Below, in pieces: positions 40,608-49,630 of a stretch of DNA of 64,000 nt. The DNA is taken from assembly GCA_018712385.1 (NCBI GenBank), contig DVHC01000055.1, forward strand, positions 1,448-65,447, given 5' to 3'. Numbering within the stretch: the first letter of the stretch is position 1; every line of letters starts with the position of its first letter. The DNA comes from Candidatus Onthousia excrementipullorum. Lineage in GTDB: Bacteria; Bacillota_I; Bacilli_A; RF39; UBA660. A program made the position numbers and the translations under genes. The notes beneath the pieces were generated by a model. The model was not told the DNA's origin, searched no databases, and worked only from the letters and a program-made list of their open reading frames with translations.

Positions 40608-41397
40608 GGTGCTTTTAGATTTAGGCTTTATAAAAATATATTATTACTCTATCTTTATTCTTTTAGGAGTTATAGCAGGAGGAGTCCTTGTCTTTTTAGA
40701 GCTTAGAAAAGAAAAAGTTAATAAAGATGAACTATTTGATATGTTTTTCTATACTATTATCTTTGCATTTTTAGGAGCAAGGGCTTATTATGTGTTGTTT
40801 AATTTATCATATTACTTGTCTAATCCTATAGAGATACTTTATATATGGCATGGTGGTCTTGCTATTCATGGAGGGATACTCGGTGGACTTTTATATCTTT
40901 GGTATTATAGTAAGAAGCATAAATTAAATCTTTTAAAACTTTTGGATATACTAGTAGTAGGTCTTATTATAGGACAAGCGATAGGTAGATGGGGTAACTT
41001 CTTTAATAGTGAAGCTTATGGGTATGTTACATCATATGGTTATTTAAAGAGCTTATATATACCAGAATTTATTATTAGAGGTATGTATATTAATGGAGAT
41101 TATTATATGCCAACATTTTTCTTTGAGTCAATTTGGAATGTAATTGGTTTTATAATTCTTTTAGTAATTAGAAAGTTTTATAAGAACTTAAAGACTGGAC
41201 AGTTAATGGGATTTTATATGATGTGGTATTCATTCATTAGATTTATAATAGAAGGGATGAGACTAGATAGTTTAATGTTAGGGCCTATAAGAGTGGCTCA
41301 GCTTGTATCGGTTGTCTTGTTTGTCGTAGGAGTTTACTTTGTCTTTATTAGAAGAAATAAGAAGTTATATAGAGAGGATGTGCTTTATGAAATTTAA
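40600..41397 (+). CDS. lgt: prolipoprotein diacylglyceryl transferase
   Basis: GARAYYV, GLAIHGG, GQAIGRWGNFFNSEAYG signature. ATG 40600 is preferred over 40564. Confidence 0.9.
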   Translation: MDRVLLDLGFIKIYYYSIFILLGVIAGGVLVFLELRKEKVNKDELFDMFFYTIIFAFLGARAYYVLFNLSYYLSNPIEILYIWHGGLAIHGGILGGLLYLWYYSKKHKLNLLKLLDILVVGLIIGQAIGRWGNFFNSEAYGYVTSYGYLKSLYIPEFIIRGMYINGDYYMPTFFFESIWNVIGFIILLVIRKFYKNLKTGQLMGFYMMWYSFIRFIIEGMRLDSLMLGPIRVAQLVSVVLFVVGVYFVFIRRNKKLYREDVLYEI

Positions 41398-41968
41398 GGG
41401 GAGTAGGGAGATAGAAACCAATAGATTAGTTTTAAAGCCTCAAACAATGAAGGAACAAAAAAGGCTTTGGGAAATATTGATGCTTGATGATGTCAATAAA
41501 TATTATTTAACTGTTCCCATTAAATTTAGAAATAAACTTACTGATTGGAATTTACAAGAAAAATATTATAAAACAAAAATAGAACATGCTAATGATAAAG
41601 ATGTTTTTTGTTGGAGTATATTTTTAAAAGATACTGATAAGTGTATAGGGCAGGTTGATTGTCATGTGAATAATGATAAACAATCTTTTGTAGATGTTTA
41701 TGATGTAGGGTGGTATATTGATCCTTTATATCAAGGTAATGGTTATTGTACGGAAGCTGCTAGAGCTATGTTATATTATATGTTTGCAGAGTGTGATATT
41801 AAAAAAATAATAACTGGAGCAGCAATAGACAATATAGCATCATGGAAAGTTATGGAAAAGCTAGGATTTTGTAGAAAAAAAGAAATAAAAAAGGTTCAGT
41901 ATACCTTTTTAGATGAATTAACTGATATTTATGTATATACTATTGATAGAGAAACTTTTTTACATTAA
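41387..41968 (+). CDS. GNAT-family N-acetyltransferase (RimJ/RimL-like)
   Basis: ETNRLVLKP start, and the YQGNGYCTEAARAML...NIASWKVMEKLGF acetyl-CoA-binding region. Confidence 0.75.
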   Translation: MKFKGSREIETNRLVLKPQTMKEQKRLWEILMLDDVNKYYLTVPIKFRNKLTDWNLQEKYYKTKIEHANDKDVFCWSIFLKDTDKCIGQVDCHVNNDKQSFVDVYDVGWYIDPLYQGNGYCTEAARAMLYYMFAECDIKKIITGAAIDNIASWKVMEKLGFCRKKEIKKVQYTFLDELTDIYVYTIDRETFLH

Positions 41969-41987
41969 ATAATTAGAGGAGGTCTTT

Positions 41988-42866
41988 ATGAATAATAAAT
42001 ATAAAGTAGTAATTGTAGGTTGTGGGGTGGCAGGAATGACTGCAGCTTTATACTTAAATAGAGCAGGTATTGATTGTATTATTTTAGAGAAGTCTATGCC
42101 GGGAGGACAGATAGTTGATAATGGAAATATTATGAACTTTCCTTCATATGAATCTATCAGTGGAAGTGATTTAGCTTTAAAGATGTTAAAACAGATTACT
42201 GATTTGGGTGTTCCTGTAAAATATGAAGAAGTTAAGGATATTAAGGTAGATAAAGAGAAAAAGGTTATTACTAGTAAGGGTGAGTATATCTGTGATTATG
42301 TAATAATTGCAACTGGTCGTAAACCTAAACTACTTGGTGTTAAAGGTGAAGATGAACTTAGGACTAAAGGAATAAGTTACTGTGCTGTTTGTGATGGTGC
42401 TTTATATAAAAATAAAGATGTAGTTGTTGTGGGAGCAAGTGATGCAGCCTTTGAAGGGGCAATATACTTAAGTAAGTTAGCATCAACTGTTACTGTTTTA
42501 TATCGTAATGAGTTTAGAGCGAAAGCTTATTTACAAGAGATGATTAAGAAAATAGATAATATTTCTTTTGTAAGAGGAGAAGTAGAAAGTTTTTCTAAAG
42601 ATGATAAAATTACTATTAAGACAAAAGAAGGTAATGATATAATTACTGATGGAGTATTTATATATATAGGACAAATTCCTAATGCTAACTTTTTATCATC
42701 ATTAGATATTTTAGATGATAGAGGTTATGTTAAAACGGATGATAATTTAATGACTTCTATTGATGGAATTTATGCCGTAGGAGATGCTTTAAATAAATAT
42801 GACTATCAAATAGTTATTGCTATGGGAGAAGCAGCTAAAGTTGCATTAGAGATTTCAAGGAGATGA
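41988..42866 (+). CDS. trxB: thioredoxin-disulfide reductase
   Basis: GCGVAGMTAA FAD site, redox CAVCDG, VVVGASDAAFE NADPH site, AVGDA. Confidence 0.9.
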   Translation: MNNKYKVVIVGCGVAGMTAALYLNRAGIDCIILEKSMPGGQIVDNGNIMNFPSYESISGSDLALKMLKQITDLGVPVKYEEVKDIKVDKEKKVITSKGEYICDYVIIATGRKPKLLGVKGEDELRTKGISYCAVCDGALYKNKDVVVVGASDAAFEGAIYLSKLASTVTVLYRNEFRAKAYLQEMIKKIDNISFVRGEVESFSKDDKITIKTKEGNDIITDGVFIYIGQIPNANFLSSLDILDDRGYVKTDDNLMTSIDGIYAVGDALNKYDYQIVIAMGEAAKVALEISRR

Positions 42867-42873
42867 GTAGTAG

Positions 42874-43827
42874 ATGAATAATAAAAAAATAGTTGTTTTT
42901 GGAGGGGGAACAGGACTTTCTTATTTGCTTAAAGGACTTAAAGACTTTCCTTTAGATATAACTGCTGTTATTACAGTATCTGATGATGGAAGAAGTACAG
43001 GTAAATTAAGAGAAGAGTTTCATGCTCCTGCTGTTGGAGATATTAGACAAGTACTTAGTAGTTTATCTTCTACTAGTGATAATATTAAGAAAATGTTAGA
43101 ATATCGCTTTAATACAACAAGTGATTTAGATGGACATGCATTAGGTAACTTAATACTTATTTCTCTTTTAAATATTACAGGGAGTTTAAAAGAATCTATT
43201 AATGAACTTTGTACTCTTTTAGATATTAAAAATAAAGTATTACCATTAACAGAAGATGCTAATGTAACACTTATGGCAGAAATGATGGATGGTAGTATTG
43301 TAGAGGGAGAAGCTTCTATTACTAAGAGTGAGAAGAAAGTAAAAAAACTTTTCTATAAAGAACAACCTAAAGTGTTAGAAGAAGTTAAAACTGCTATTGG
43401 GGAAGCAGATTTAATCATCTTTAGTATGGGAAGCATTTATACTAGTTTACTTCCTCATCTTATTTCTACAGAAGTTATTGAATGTTTAGATAGGACAAAA
43501 GCTCCTATTATGTATTTATGTAATATCGTAACACAACCTGGAGAGACTGATGACTTTACTGTAAGTGACCATGTTAACCTTATAAATAGTTATTTAGGTA
43601 AACATAAGCTTGATGCTGTTATTGCCTCAAATTCTAAAATAAGTGAAGAGATGGCTTTAAGGTATTCTAATAAAGAAAGAAAAGACCCAGTTAAAATAGA
43701 TTATCCAGTTTTATCTAAGTTAGATACTGAATTTATTGAAGCAGATTTACTTACTATTGCCGATGGAACTCTTAAGCATCATAGTCAGAGACTTAGTTCT
43801 TTAATCTTTTCTTACTTAATGAAATAG
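42874..43827 (+). CDS. yvcK: gluconeogenesis factor YvcK (CofD-like)
   Basis: VVFGGGTGLS, VSDDGRSTGKLR, GPGSIYTSLLP-like (GSIYTSLLP) motifs. Adjacent to whiA. Confidence 0.9.
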   Translation: MNNKKIVVFGGGTGLSYLLKGLKDFPLDITAVITVSDDGRSTGKLREEFHAPAVGDIRQVLSSLSSTSDNIKKMLEYRFNTTSDLDGHALGNLILISLLNITGSLKESINELCTLLDIKNKVLPLTEDANVTLMAEMMDGSIVEGEASITKSEKKVKKLFYKEQPKVLEEVKTAIGEADLIIFSMGSIYTSLLPHLISTEVIECLDRTKAPIMYLCNIVTQPGETDDFTVSDHVNLINSYLGKHKLDAVIASNSKISEEMALRYSNKERKDPVKIDYPVLSKLDTEFIEADLLTIADGTLKHHSQRLSSLIFSYLMK

Positions 43828-43839
43828 GGGGAATGTCTT

Positions 43840-44751
43840 ATGTCTTTTACTGGTACAGTAAAAAATGAAATAACTACATTAAAAATAACTGAGACTGCTA
43901 AAATAGCTTTAATCTCAGGCTTTTTTCGTAATAATTATCAGATAATTAAAGATTCTATTACTATTAGTAGTGAGAATGATACTGTTATAGCATACTTAAA
44001 AGAATTACTTGATAGTTATGAAGAGATATCTTATAGTGAAGAGCTTTTAGATAATAATAATTTCAGTAAAAATAAACTTAAAGCTTTAGTTATTGCCTTT
44101 GGAGATGACTTTATTAAAGAAACTTTTTGTATTGATAGTGAAGTTGTTCCTAGTTATTTAGTAGAGTCTGATGATGAGGTTAGAGGTTATTTAAGAGGAG
44201 TTTTCTTGAGTAGTGGTAGTATTAATGACCCTAAGACTAGTAGATATCATTTAGAGTTTTTAATAGAAAGAAGCGAAGAAGCTGTTTTTGTTCAGAAACT
44301 TCTTAATACTTATTCACTTAATGCTAAATTATTAAGTCGTGATAAAGGATTTATGATATATATTAAAGAAGCTGATAAGATAAGTGATTTTTTAAAGATA
44401 ATTGGTTGTAGTAAGGCAGTGCTTTATTATGAAGAGATAAGAGTTTATAGGGATGCTAAAAATAAAACTAATCGTCTTAATAATTGTGAACAAGCAAATA
44501 TGGATAGAGTAATAGATTCAGCGATGGAACAGTTAAATTATATTAAGATACTTGAAGATAATATGGCGATAGAATTACTTGATGATAAGACTAAAGAAGC
44601 TTTAGAATATCGTAAGAAATATCAAGAGGCTTCATTAAAAGAACTAAGTGAGATTATCAGCTTAGAGACTGGTAAAAAAATCACTAAGTCAGGACTTAAT
44701 CATAGATTTAGGAAGATTAAAGAGTTAGCACTTAAGTTTTTAGATAATTAA
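43840..44751 (+). CDS. whiA: sporulation/cell-division regulator WhiA
   Basis: SFT..VKNE start, LAGLIDADG-like central domain, C-terminal HTH (KSGLNHRFRKI). Confidence 0.9.
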   Translation: MSFTGTVKNEITTLKITETAKIALISGFFRNNYQIIKDSITISSENDTVIAYLKELLDSYEEISYSEELLDNNNFSKNKLKALVIAFGDDFIKETFCIDSEVVPSYLVESDDEVRGYLRGVFLSSGSINDPKTSRYHLEFLIERSEEAVFVQKLLNTYSLNAKLLSRDKGFMIYIKEADKISDFLKIIGCSKAVLYYEEIRVYRDAKNKTNRLNNCEQANMDRVIDSAMEQLNYIKILEDNMAIELLDDKTKEALEYRKKYQEASLKELSEIISLETGKKITKSGLNHRFRKIKELALKFLDN

Positions 44752-44769
44752 ATAGCAACCTTAAAAACT

Positions 44770-44838
44770 ACAAATTGCCGAATAAAAAGCTCACAAATTG
44801 CCGAATAAAAAGTCTACAAATTACCGAAAAGCATTGAA
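44770..44838 (+). repeat. three contiguous 23-bp direct repeats (ACAAATTGCCGAATAAAAAG core)
   Basis: Copies start at 44770, 44793 and 44816. The third copy is degenerate. They lie immediately upstream of the second DUF4143 ATPase gene. Confidence 0.8.
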
Positions 44839-44884
44839 AAAAGTATTATTTAATGTTAAAATTATTTCAAAAGGAGACCTTAAA

Positions 44885-46159
44885 ATGGAAAAATATAAAA
44901 GTAGAATTGCTGATGAAATATTAGAAAGGAAACTAAAAGGTAAAGGTGCTGTTTTGATAGAAGGACCTAAATGGTGTGGGAAAACAACTACAGCAGAGCA
45001 AATTTCAAAAAGTGTATTATATATGGCTGATCCAGCGAATCAAGAACAAAATTTAACTCTTGCAGACATTAATCCTGCTTTATTATTAACTGGCGATACT
45101 CCTAGGTTAATTGACGAATGGCAACTTGCTCCAAAGTTATGGGATGCAATTAGATTTGAAGTAGATCATAGAGGGGAAGAAGGACAATTTATTCTTACTG
45201 GTTCAGCTGTTCCTGTAGATAGAAGTAAAATCGCACATACTGGGACTGGAAGGTTTTCATGGTTATTAATGAGACCTATGACTTTATATGAATCAGGAGA
45301 ATCAACTGGTACTATAAGTCTTAAAGATTTATTTAATAGCCCGTCCACTGTTAATGGAATAAATAATCTATCACTTGAAGATATTGCCTATTTATGTTGT
45401 AGAGGAGGATGGCCAAGAAGTATATTTTTAGATAAAGATATTGCTTTAGACTCAGCTTTTGATTATTATGATGCAATTGTTAATTCTGATATATCCAGAG
45501 TTGATGGTGTTAGTAGAAATCCTCTTAGAGTAAAGAATTTAATGAGAAGTTATGCTAGAAATATTGGTAGCCAAGCATCAATAGAAACAATAAAAAATGA
45601 TATGATAAATAATGATTCTTTTGCTTTAGATACAGATACAGTTTTTTCATATATTAATGCTTTGAAAAAAATATTTGTAATAGAAGAGTCTCCAGCATGG
45701 AATCCAAATTTAAGAAGTAAAACTGCTATAAGAACTTCTGATACTAGATATTTTATTGATCCTTCTATTGCAACTGCTAGTCTTGGAATAGGACCAGAAG
45801 ATTTAATTAATGATTTAAATACTTTTGGTTTGGTATTTGAAACATTATGTGTTAGGGATTTAAGGGTTTATGCAGAAAGTATAAATGGAAGTGTTTATCA
45901 TTATAGAGATTCATCTTCTTTAGAATGTGATGCTGTTATACATTTAAGAAATGGTTCTTATGGACTTGTTGAAATAAAACTAGGTGGCGATAAACTAATT
46001 GATGAAGGTACTAAAAATTTAATTAAAATGCAAAATAAAATAGATACTGAAAAAATGAAAAAACCATCATTCATGATGGTATTAACTGCAACTGGTAATT
46101 ATGCTTATAAGCGTGATGATGATGTTTATGTTATTCCTGTAGGATGCTTGAAAAATTAA
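44885..46159 (+). CDS. AAA-family ATPase with DUF4143-type C-terminal domain (second copy)
   Basis: Walker A GPKWCGKTT, RLIDEWQ, CDAVI...GLVEIKLG tail. AAAGGAG RBS precedes ATG 44885. The upstream part of the track ORF runs through the repeats. Confidence 0.75.
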   Translation: MEKYKSRIADEILERKLKGKGAVLIEGPKWCGKTTTAEQISKSVLYMADPANQEQNLTLADINPALLLTGDTPRLIDEWQLAPKLWDAIRFEVDHRGEEGQFILTGSAVPVDRSKIAHTGTGRFSWLLMRPMTLYESGESTGTISLKDLFNSPSTVNGINNLSLEDIAYLCCRGGWPRSIFLDKDIALDSAFDYYDAIVNSDISRVDGVSRNPLRVKNLMRSYARNIGSQASIETIKNDMINNDSFALDTDTVFSYINALKKIFVIEESPAWNPNLRSKTAIRTSDTRYFIDPSIATASLGIGPEDLINDLNTFGLVFETLCVRDLRVYAESINGSVYHYRDSSSLECDAVIHLRNGSYGLVEIKLGGDKLIDEGTKNLIKMQNKIDTEKMKKPSFMMVLTATGNYAYKRDDDVYVIPVGCLKN

Positions 46160-46635
46160 TTAAGATGAATACTTTTATATATTTTCTTTCTATCAGTTCT
46201 ACCTACAACGTAGTCCATAGAAGCATTATAAAAGTTTACTATATATAGTAATTTGTGTGTAGTAGGGCATCTTGCCCCTGTTTCAAAACTAGAATAGGTT
46301 GTTTGAAAGAAGCCTATTTTATCACTTAATTTGGCTTGTGTTAAGTGATTTTCTTTTCTTAGTTCTAATAGCCTTTCACATATCTTTTTATAATCAATTT
46401 TTAACTTTTCACTATGTTCTATTTTGTTAGATATACCTAATAAATAATCTAAATTAACATCATAATAATTAGCTAGTACATTAATCTTTTCTAAAGGTAT
46501 ATCATTAGAGCATTTTTCCCATTTAGAATAAGTATTTTCTTTTACATTTAAAATTTTTGCAATGTCCTTTTGCAATAAACCATTATTATGGCGTAATATA
46601 GCCATTCTGTTTCCATTTTCTACCACTTTTATCAC
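46156..46635 (-). CDS. XRE-family transcriptional regulator with two tandem HTH domains
   Basis: Two Cro/C1-type blocks: LLQKDIAKILNVKENTYSKWE and LTQAKLSDKIGFFQTTYSSFE. Confidence 0.75.
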   Translation of the reverse strand: MIKVVENGNRMAILRHNNGLLQKDIAKILNVKENTYSKWEKCSNDIPLEKINVLANYYDVNLDYLLGISNKIEHSEKLKIDYKKICERLLELRKENHLTQAKLSDKIGFFQTTYSSFETGARCPTTHKLLYIVNFYNASMDYVVGRTDRKKIYKSIHLN

Positions 46636-46908
46636 CAGTTTTATTGTAAGTAGGAAAAGTTAATACTTGAAGATAATTGGACTTTATGTGCTAAAAAATG
46701 AAAAAGTTGTAATTTTAAATATTTAGATAAATTTAGGCTTAGATATTGTATTTTCTCCTAGGGGATTTTGAAAATTGCTAAGAAAAATGTCTTGAATTTA
46801 GAAAAATCGTAATTTTGCAAAGCATTTCTTTTCTGTTATAGTGTCTTTAGAAAGAGATATTATGTGTGAGAGGAGGTGCTTTTTATATTTAGTGAATATG
46901 TTAAACCT

Positions 46909-47127
46909 ATGGAAGTAATTGTTGATAGAATAGAGAATAATTTAGTAGTAGTTGAACTTGATAAAGGTAGGGTTATGACTTATCGAATAGATAAACTTCC
47001 TTCTGTTAAAGAGGGTGATGTTTTAGAGATTGATAGTGATACTAAAGAAGTCTTTGTTAATAAGAAGAAAACTAAACAGAGAAAGAAAAAAATAAAAAAA
47101 CTAATGGATAAAGTCTTTGTAGATTAA
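46909..47127 (+). CDS. DUF3006-family small protein
   Basis: [18 protein letters not shown]...GDVLEID pattern. Confidence 0.55.
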   Translation: MEVIVDRIENNLVVVELDKGRVMTYRIDKLPSVKEGDVLEIDSDTKEVFVNKKKTKQRKKKIKKLMDKVFVD

Positions 47128-47693
47128 AGAACCTTATCTATTAGTCCATACTCTTTAGCTTCCTTAGCTTCTAGAAAATAATCTCTTTCTGTATCTTGTT
47201 CTATTTTTTCTAATTTTTTATTGGTATTTGAAGCTAGAATCTTATTTAGCTTTTTTTTAGTCTTTAAGATATGTTCTGCTGCTATCTTTATTTCTGTCGC
47301 TTGACCTTCTGCTCCTCCTAGAGGTTGATGTATCATTACTTCACTATTAGGTAGAGCATATCTTTTGCCTTTTTTACCACTAGATAGGAGAAAAGCGGCC
47401 ATGGATGCAGATAGTCCCATACAAATAGTGGAGACATCACTCTTAATTAAATTCATCGTATCATAGATAGCGAAACCTGCTGTTACAGAGCCTCCTGGGG
47501 AATTAATATAAAGAGATATATCTTCATGATTTAGAGAATCTAGGTAGAGTAGTTCTGCAACAATAGTATTAGCAGATTCATCATTAATAGTACCACTTAA
47601 TATAATTATTCTATTCTTTAACAACTTAGAAAAGATATCATAACTTCTTTCACCATTTATTTCTTTATCTACAATCATTGGTATTAGATTCAT
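47124..47693 (-). CDS. clpP: ATP-dependent Clp protease proteolytic subunit
   Basis: [16 protein letters not shown], catalytic GLSASMAA and MIHQP motifs. AGGTGA RBS precedes the ATG at 47693. Confidence 0.95.
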   Translation of the reverse strand: MNLIPMIVDKEINGERSYDIFSKLLKNRIIILSGTINDESANTIVAELLYLDSLNHEDISLYINSPGGSVTAGFAIYDTMNLIKSDVSTICMGLSASMAAFLLSSGKKGKRYALPNSEVMIHQPLGGAEGQATEIKIAAEHILKTKKKLNKILASNTNKKLEKIEQDTERDYFLEAKEAKEYGLIDKVL

Positions 47694-47817
47694 ATTATCA
47701 CCTAATTCTACTATATCCAAATAAACTTTAAATTATACCTTACAAGATGTGGCAAAATTATTAGACTTTGTATGTTAATTTTGGTATAATCATATATAGA
47801 ATTAAGAGGGTGTTAAG

Positions 47818-49473
47818 ATGATTGAAGAAGTTAAAGTAACAATTAATGGTAAAGAAGAAACAGTTCCATCAGGTATTACTTTATTACAACTTAGTAAAGA
47901 GTATCAGAAAGATTATCGTTTTCCTATTATTCTTGCAAGTGTTAATAATGTATATAGAGAACTTAGTTATGTTGTTAATGATCCTTGTGGAATAACCTTT
48001 TATGATTTAAACTCTAAAATAGGTAATAGAGCTCATATTTCTGGGTTAACGTTTTTACTTATAGTTGCTGTTAAAGAGATATTTGGACTAGATGCTAATA
48101 TTATAGTAATGCATTCATTAGATAAAGGAATTTATATTAAAACAAGTTTTCCACTTACAGAGACAATACTTAAATCAATCGCTAGAAAGATGTTAAAACT
48201 AGTAGATATGGATTTATCTATTACTAAAGTTAGTGTAGAAAGAATATCTTCTATACATTATTTTGAGAGTATTAATGATTTAGCTAAAGCTAAGATTATG
48301 AAATATAATACTAATACATTTATTACTCTTTATAGATTAGGTAATTATTATAACTACTTTTATGGTAAGATGCCTCCTTCTACTTCTTGTCTAAAAGACT
48401 TTAAATTAACTTATGTAGATGATAATGGTTTTGTACTTCAATTTCCTACAGAATATTCTCATAATCAAATTAAAGCTTATACTCATCATCCTAATATGTT
48501 TAAAGTCTTTAAAGAATGTAGAGATTGGACTAAATTAATGAAAATAGAAACTATTGCAGATTTAAATGAAGTTGTTAGTCGTGGGAAGATTGCAGATTTA
48601 ATTAGAATAGATGAAACTTTACAGAGTAATAGATTACTTTCTGTTGCTAGAAAGATAGTAGATAATAAAAAAGATAAGAAAATTATTTTACTTGCAGGTC
48701 CATCTTCTAGTGGTAAGACAACAACTACTACTAAACTATGTATGTATTTAAAGAGTTTTGGACTTAATCCTAAAATGATTAGTATGGATGATTACTTTGT
48801 AGATAGAGATAAAACACCAGTTAATGAAAAAGGTGAGAAAGATTATGAGTGTTTTGAGGCTGTTGATAATAAGTTATTAACTAAACAAATTAATGAATTA
48901 TTAGAAGGTAAAGAGGTAATGGCTCCTATCTATAACTTTAAAGAAGGAGTTAAAGAGTTTGTTAAAGAATTAAAATTAGATAAAGATGATATCTTGTTAA
49001 TAGAAGGAATACATGCCTTAAATCCTAAAGTGTTAAAAGAGATACCTGCTAAGAATAAATTTAAAATATATTTATCTGCTTTAACAGAACTTAATATAGA
49101 TTACCATAATCGTTTTCCTACTACAGATAATAGACTTTTAAGAAGAATAATTAGGGATAATAGAACTAGAGGTTATAATGTAGTAGATACGTTAAAAGTT
49201 TGGAATAATGTTAGAGGTGGAGAAGAGAAATATATATTCCCTTATCAAGATGAAGCGGATGTTACTATTAATACAGCTTTAATATATGAGTTAGGTGTAT
49301 TAAAAACTTATGTTGAACCTTTACTTTATTCAGTAGATGAAGATTCAGCTTATTATGAAGAGGCAAAGAGACTTTTAAATATCTTAAGACTTATATTACC
49401 TATACCAAGTGAGAGTATTCCAGATGATTCTATACTTAGAGAATTTATTGGTGGTAGTTGTTATCATGATTAA
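47818..49473 (+). CDS. uridine-kinase-family P-loop protein with N-terminal TGS/ThrRS-like domains
   Basis: TGS-like start (VTINGKEETVPSGITLLQL). Walker A GPSSSGKTTT in the C-terminal half. Confidence 0.65.
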   Translation: MIEEVKVTINGKEETVPSGITLLQLSKEYQKDYRFPIILASVNNVYRELSYVVNDPCGITFYDLNSKIGNRAHISGLTFLLIVAVKEIFGLDANIIVMHSLDKGIYIKTSFPLTETILKSIARKMLKLVDMDLSITKVSVERISSIHYFESINDLAKAKIMKYNTNTFITLYRLGNYYNYFYGKMPPSTSCLKDFKLTYVDDNGFVLQFPTEYSHNQIKAYTHHPNMFKVFKECRDWTKLMKIETIADLNEVVSRGKIADLIRIDETLQSNRLLSVARKIVDNKKDKKIILLAGPSSSGKTTTTTKLCMYLKSFGLNPKMISMDDYFVDRDKTPVNEKGEKDYECFEAVDNKLLTKQINELLEGKEVMAPIYNFKEGVKEFVKELKLDKDDILLIEGIHALNPKVLKEIPAKNKFKIYLSALTELNIDYHNRFPTTDNRLLRRIIRDNRTRGYNVVDTLKVWNNVRGGEEKYIFPYQDEADVTINTALIYELGVLKTYVEPLLYSVDEDSAYYEEAKRLLNILRLILPIPSESIPDDSILREFIGGSCYHD

Positions 49474-49500
49474 GACTTTTAGAGTCTTTTTCTTTTTGCT

Positions 49501-49552
49501 AATTAATAGTAAATAAATTTTGACAAAATTAATAGTAAATAAATTTTGTCAA
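49501..49552 (+). repeat. 26-bp tandem direct repeat that also forms a 15-bp inverted repeat, upstream of the DGR target gene
   Basis: AATTAATAGTAAATAAATTTTGACAA at 49501-49526 and AATTAATAGTAAATAAATTTTGTCAA at 49527-49552. AATTTTGACAAAATT and AATTTTGTCAAAATT are reverse complements. Confidence 0.8.
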
Positions 49553-49630
49553 AATTCTTTCATATTTTCCCAAAAGATGTTATTATTTAATTAGAATAAT
49601 TTGATAATATAAGGAGGTAGATAAAGTTTA

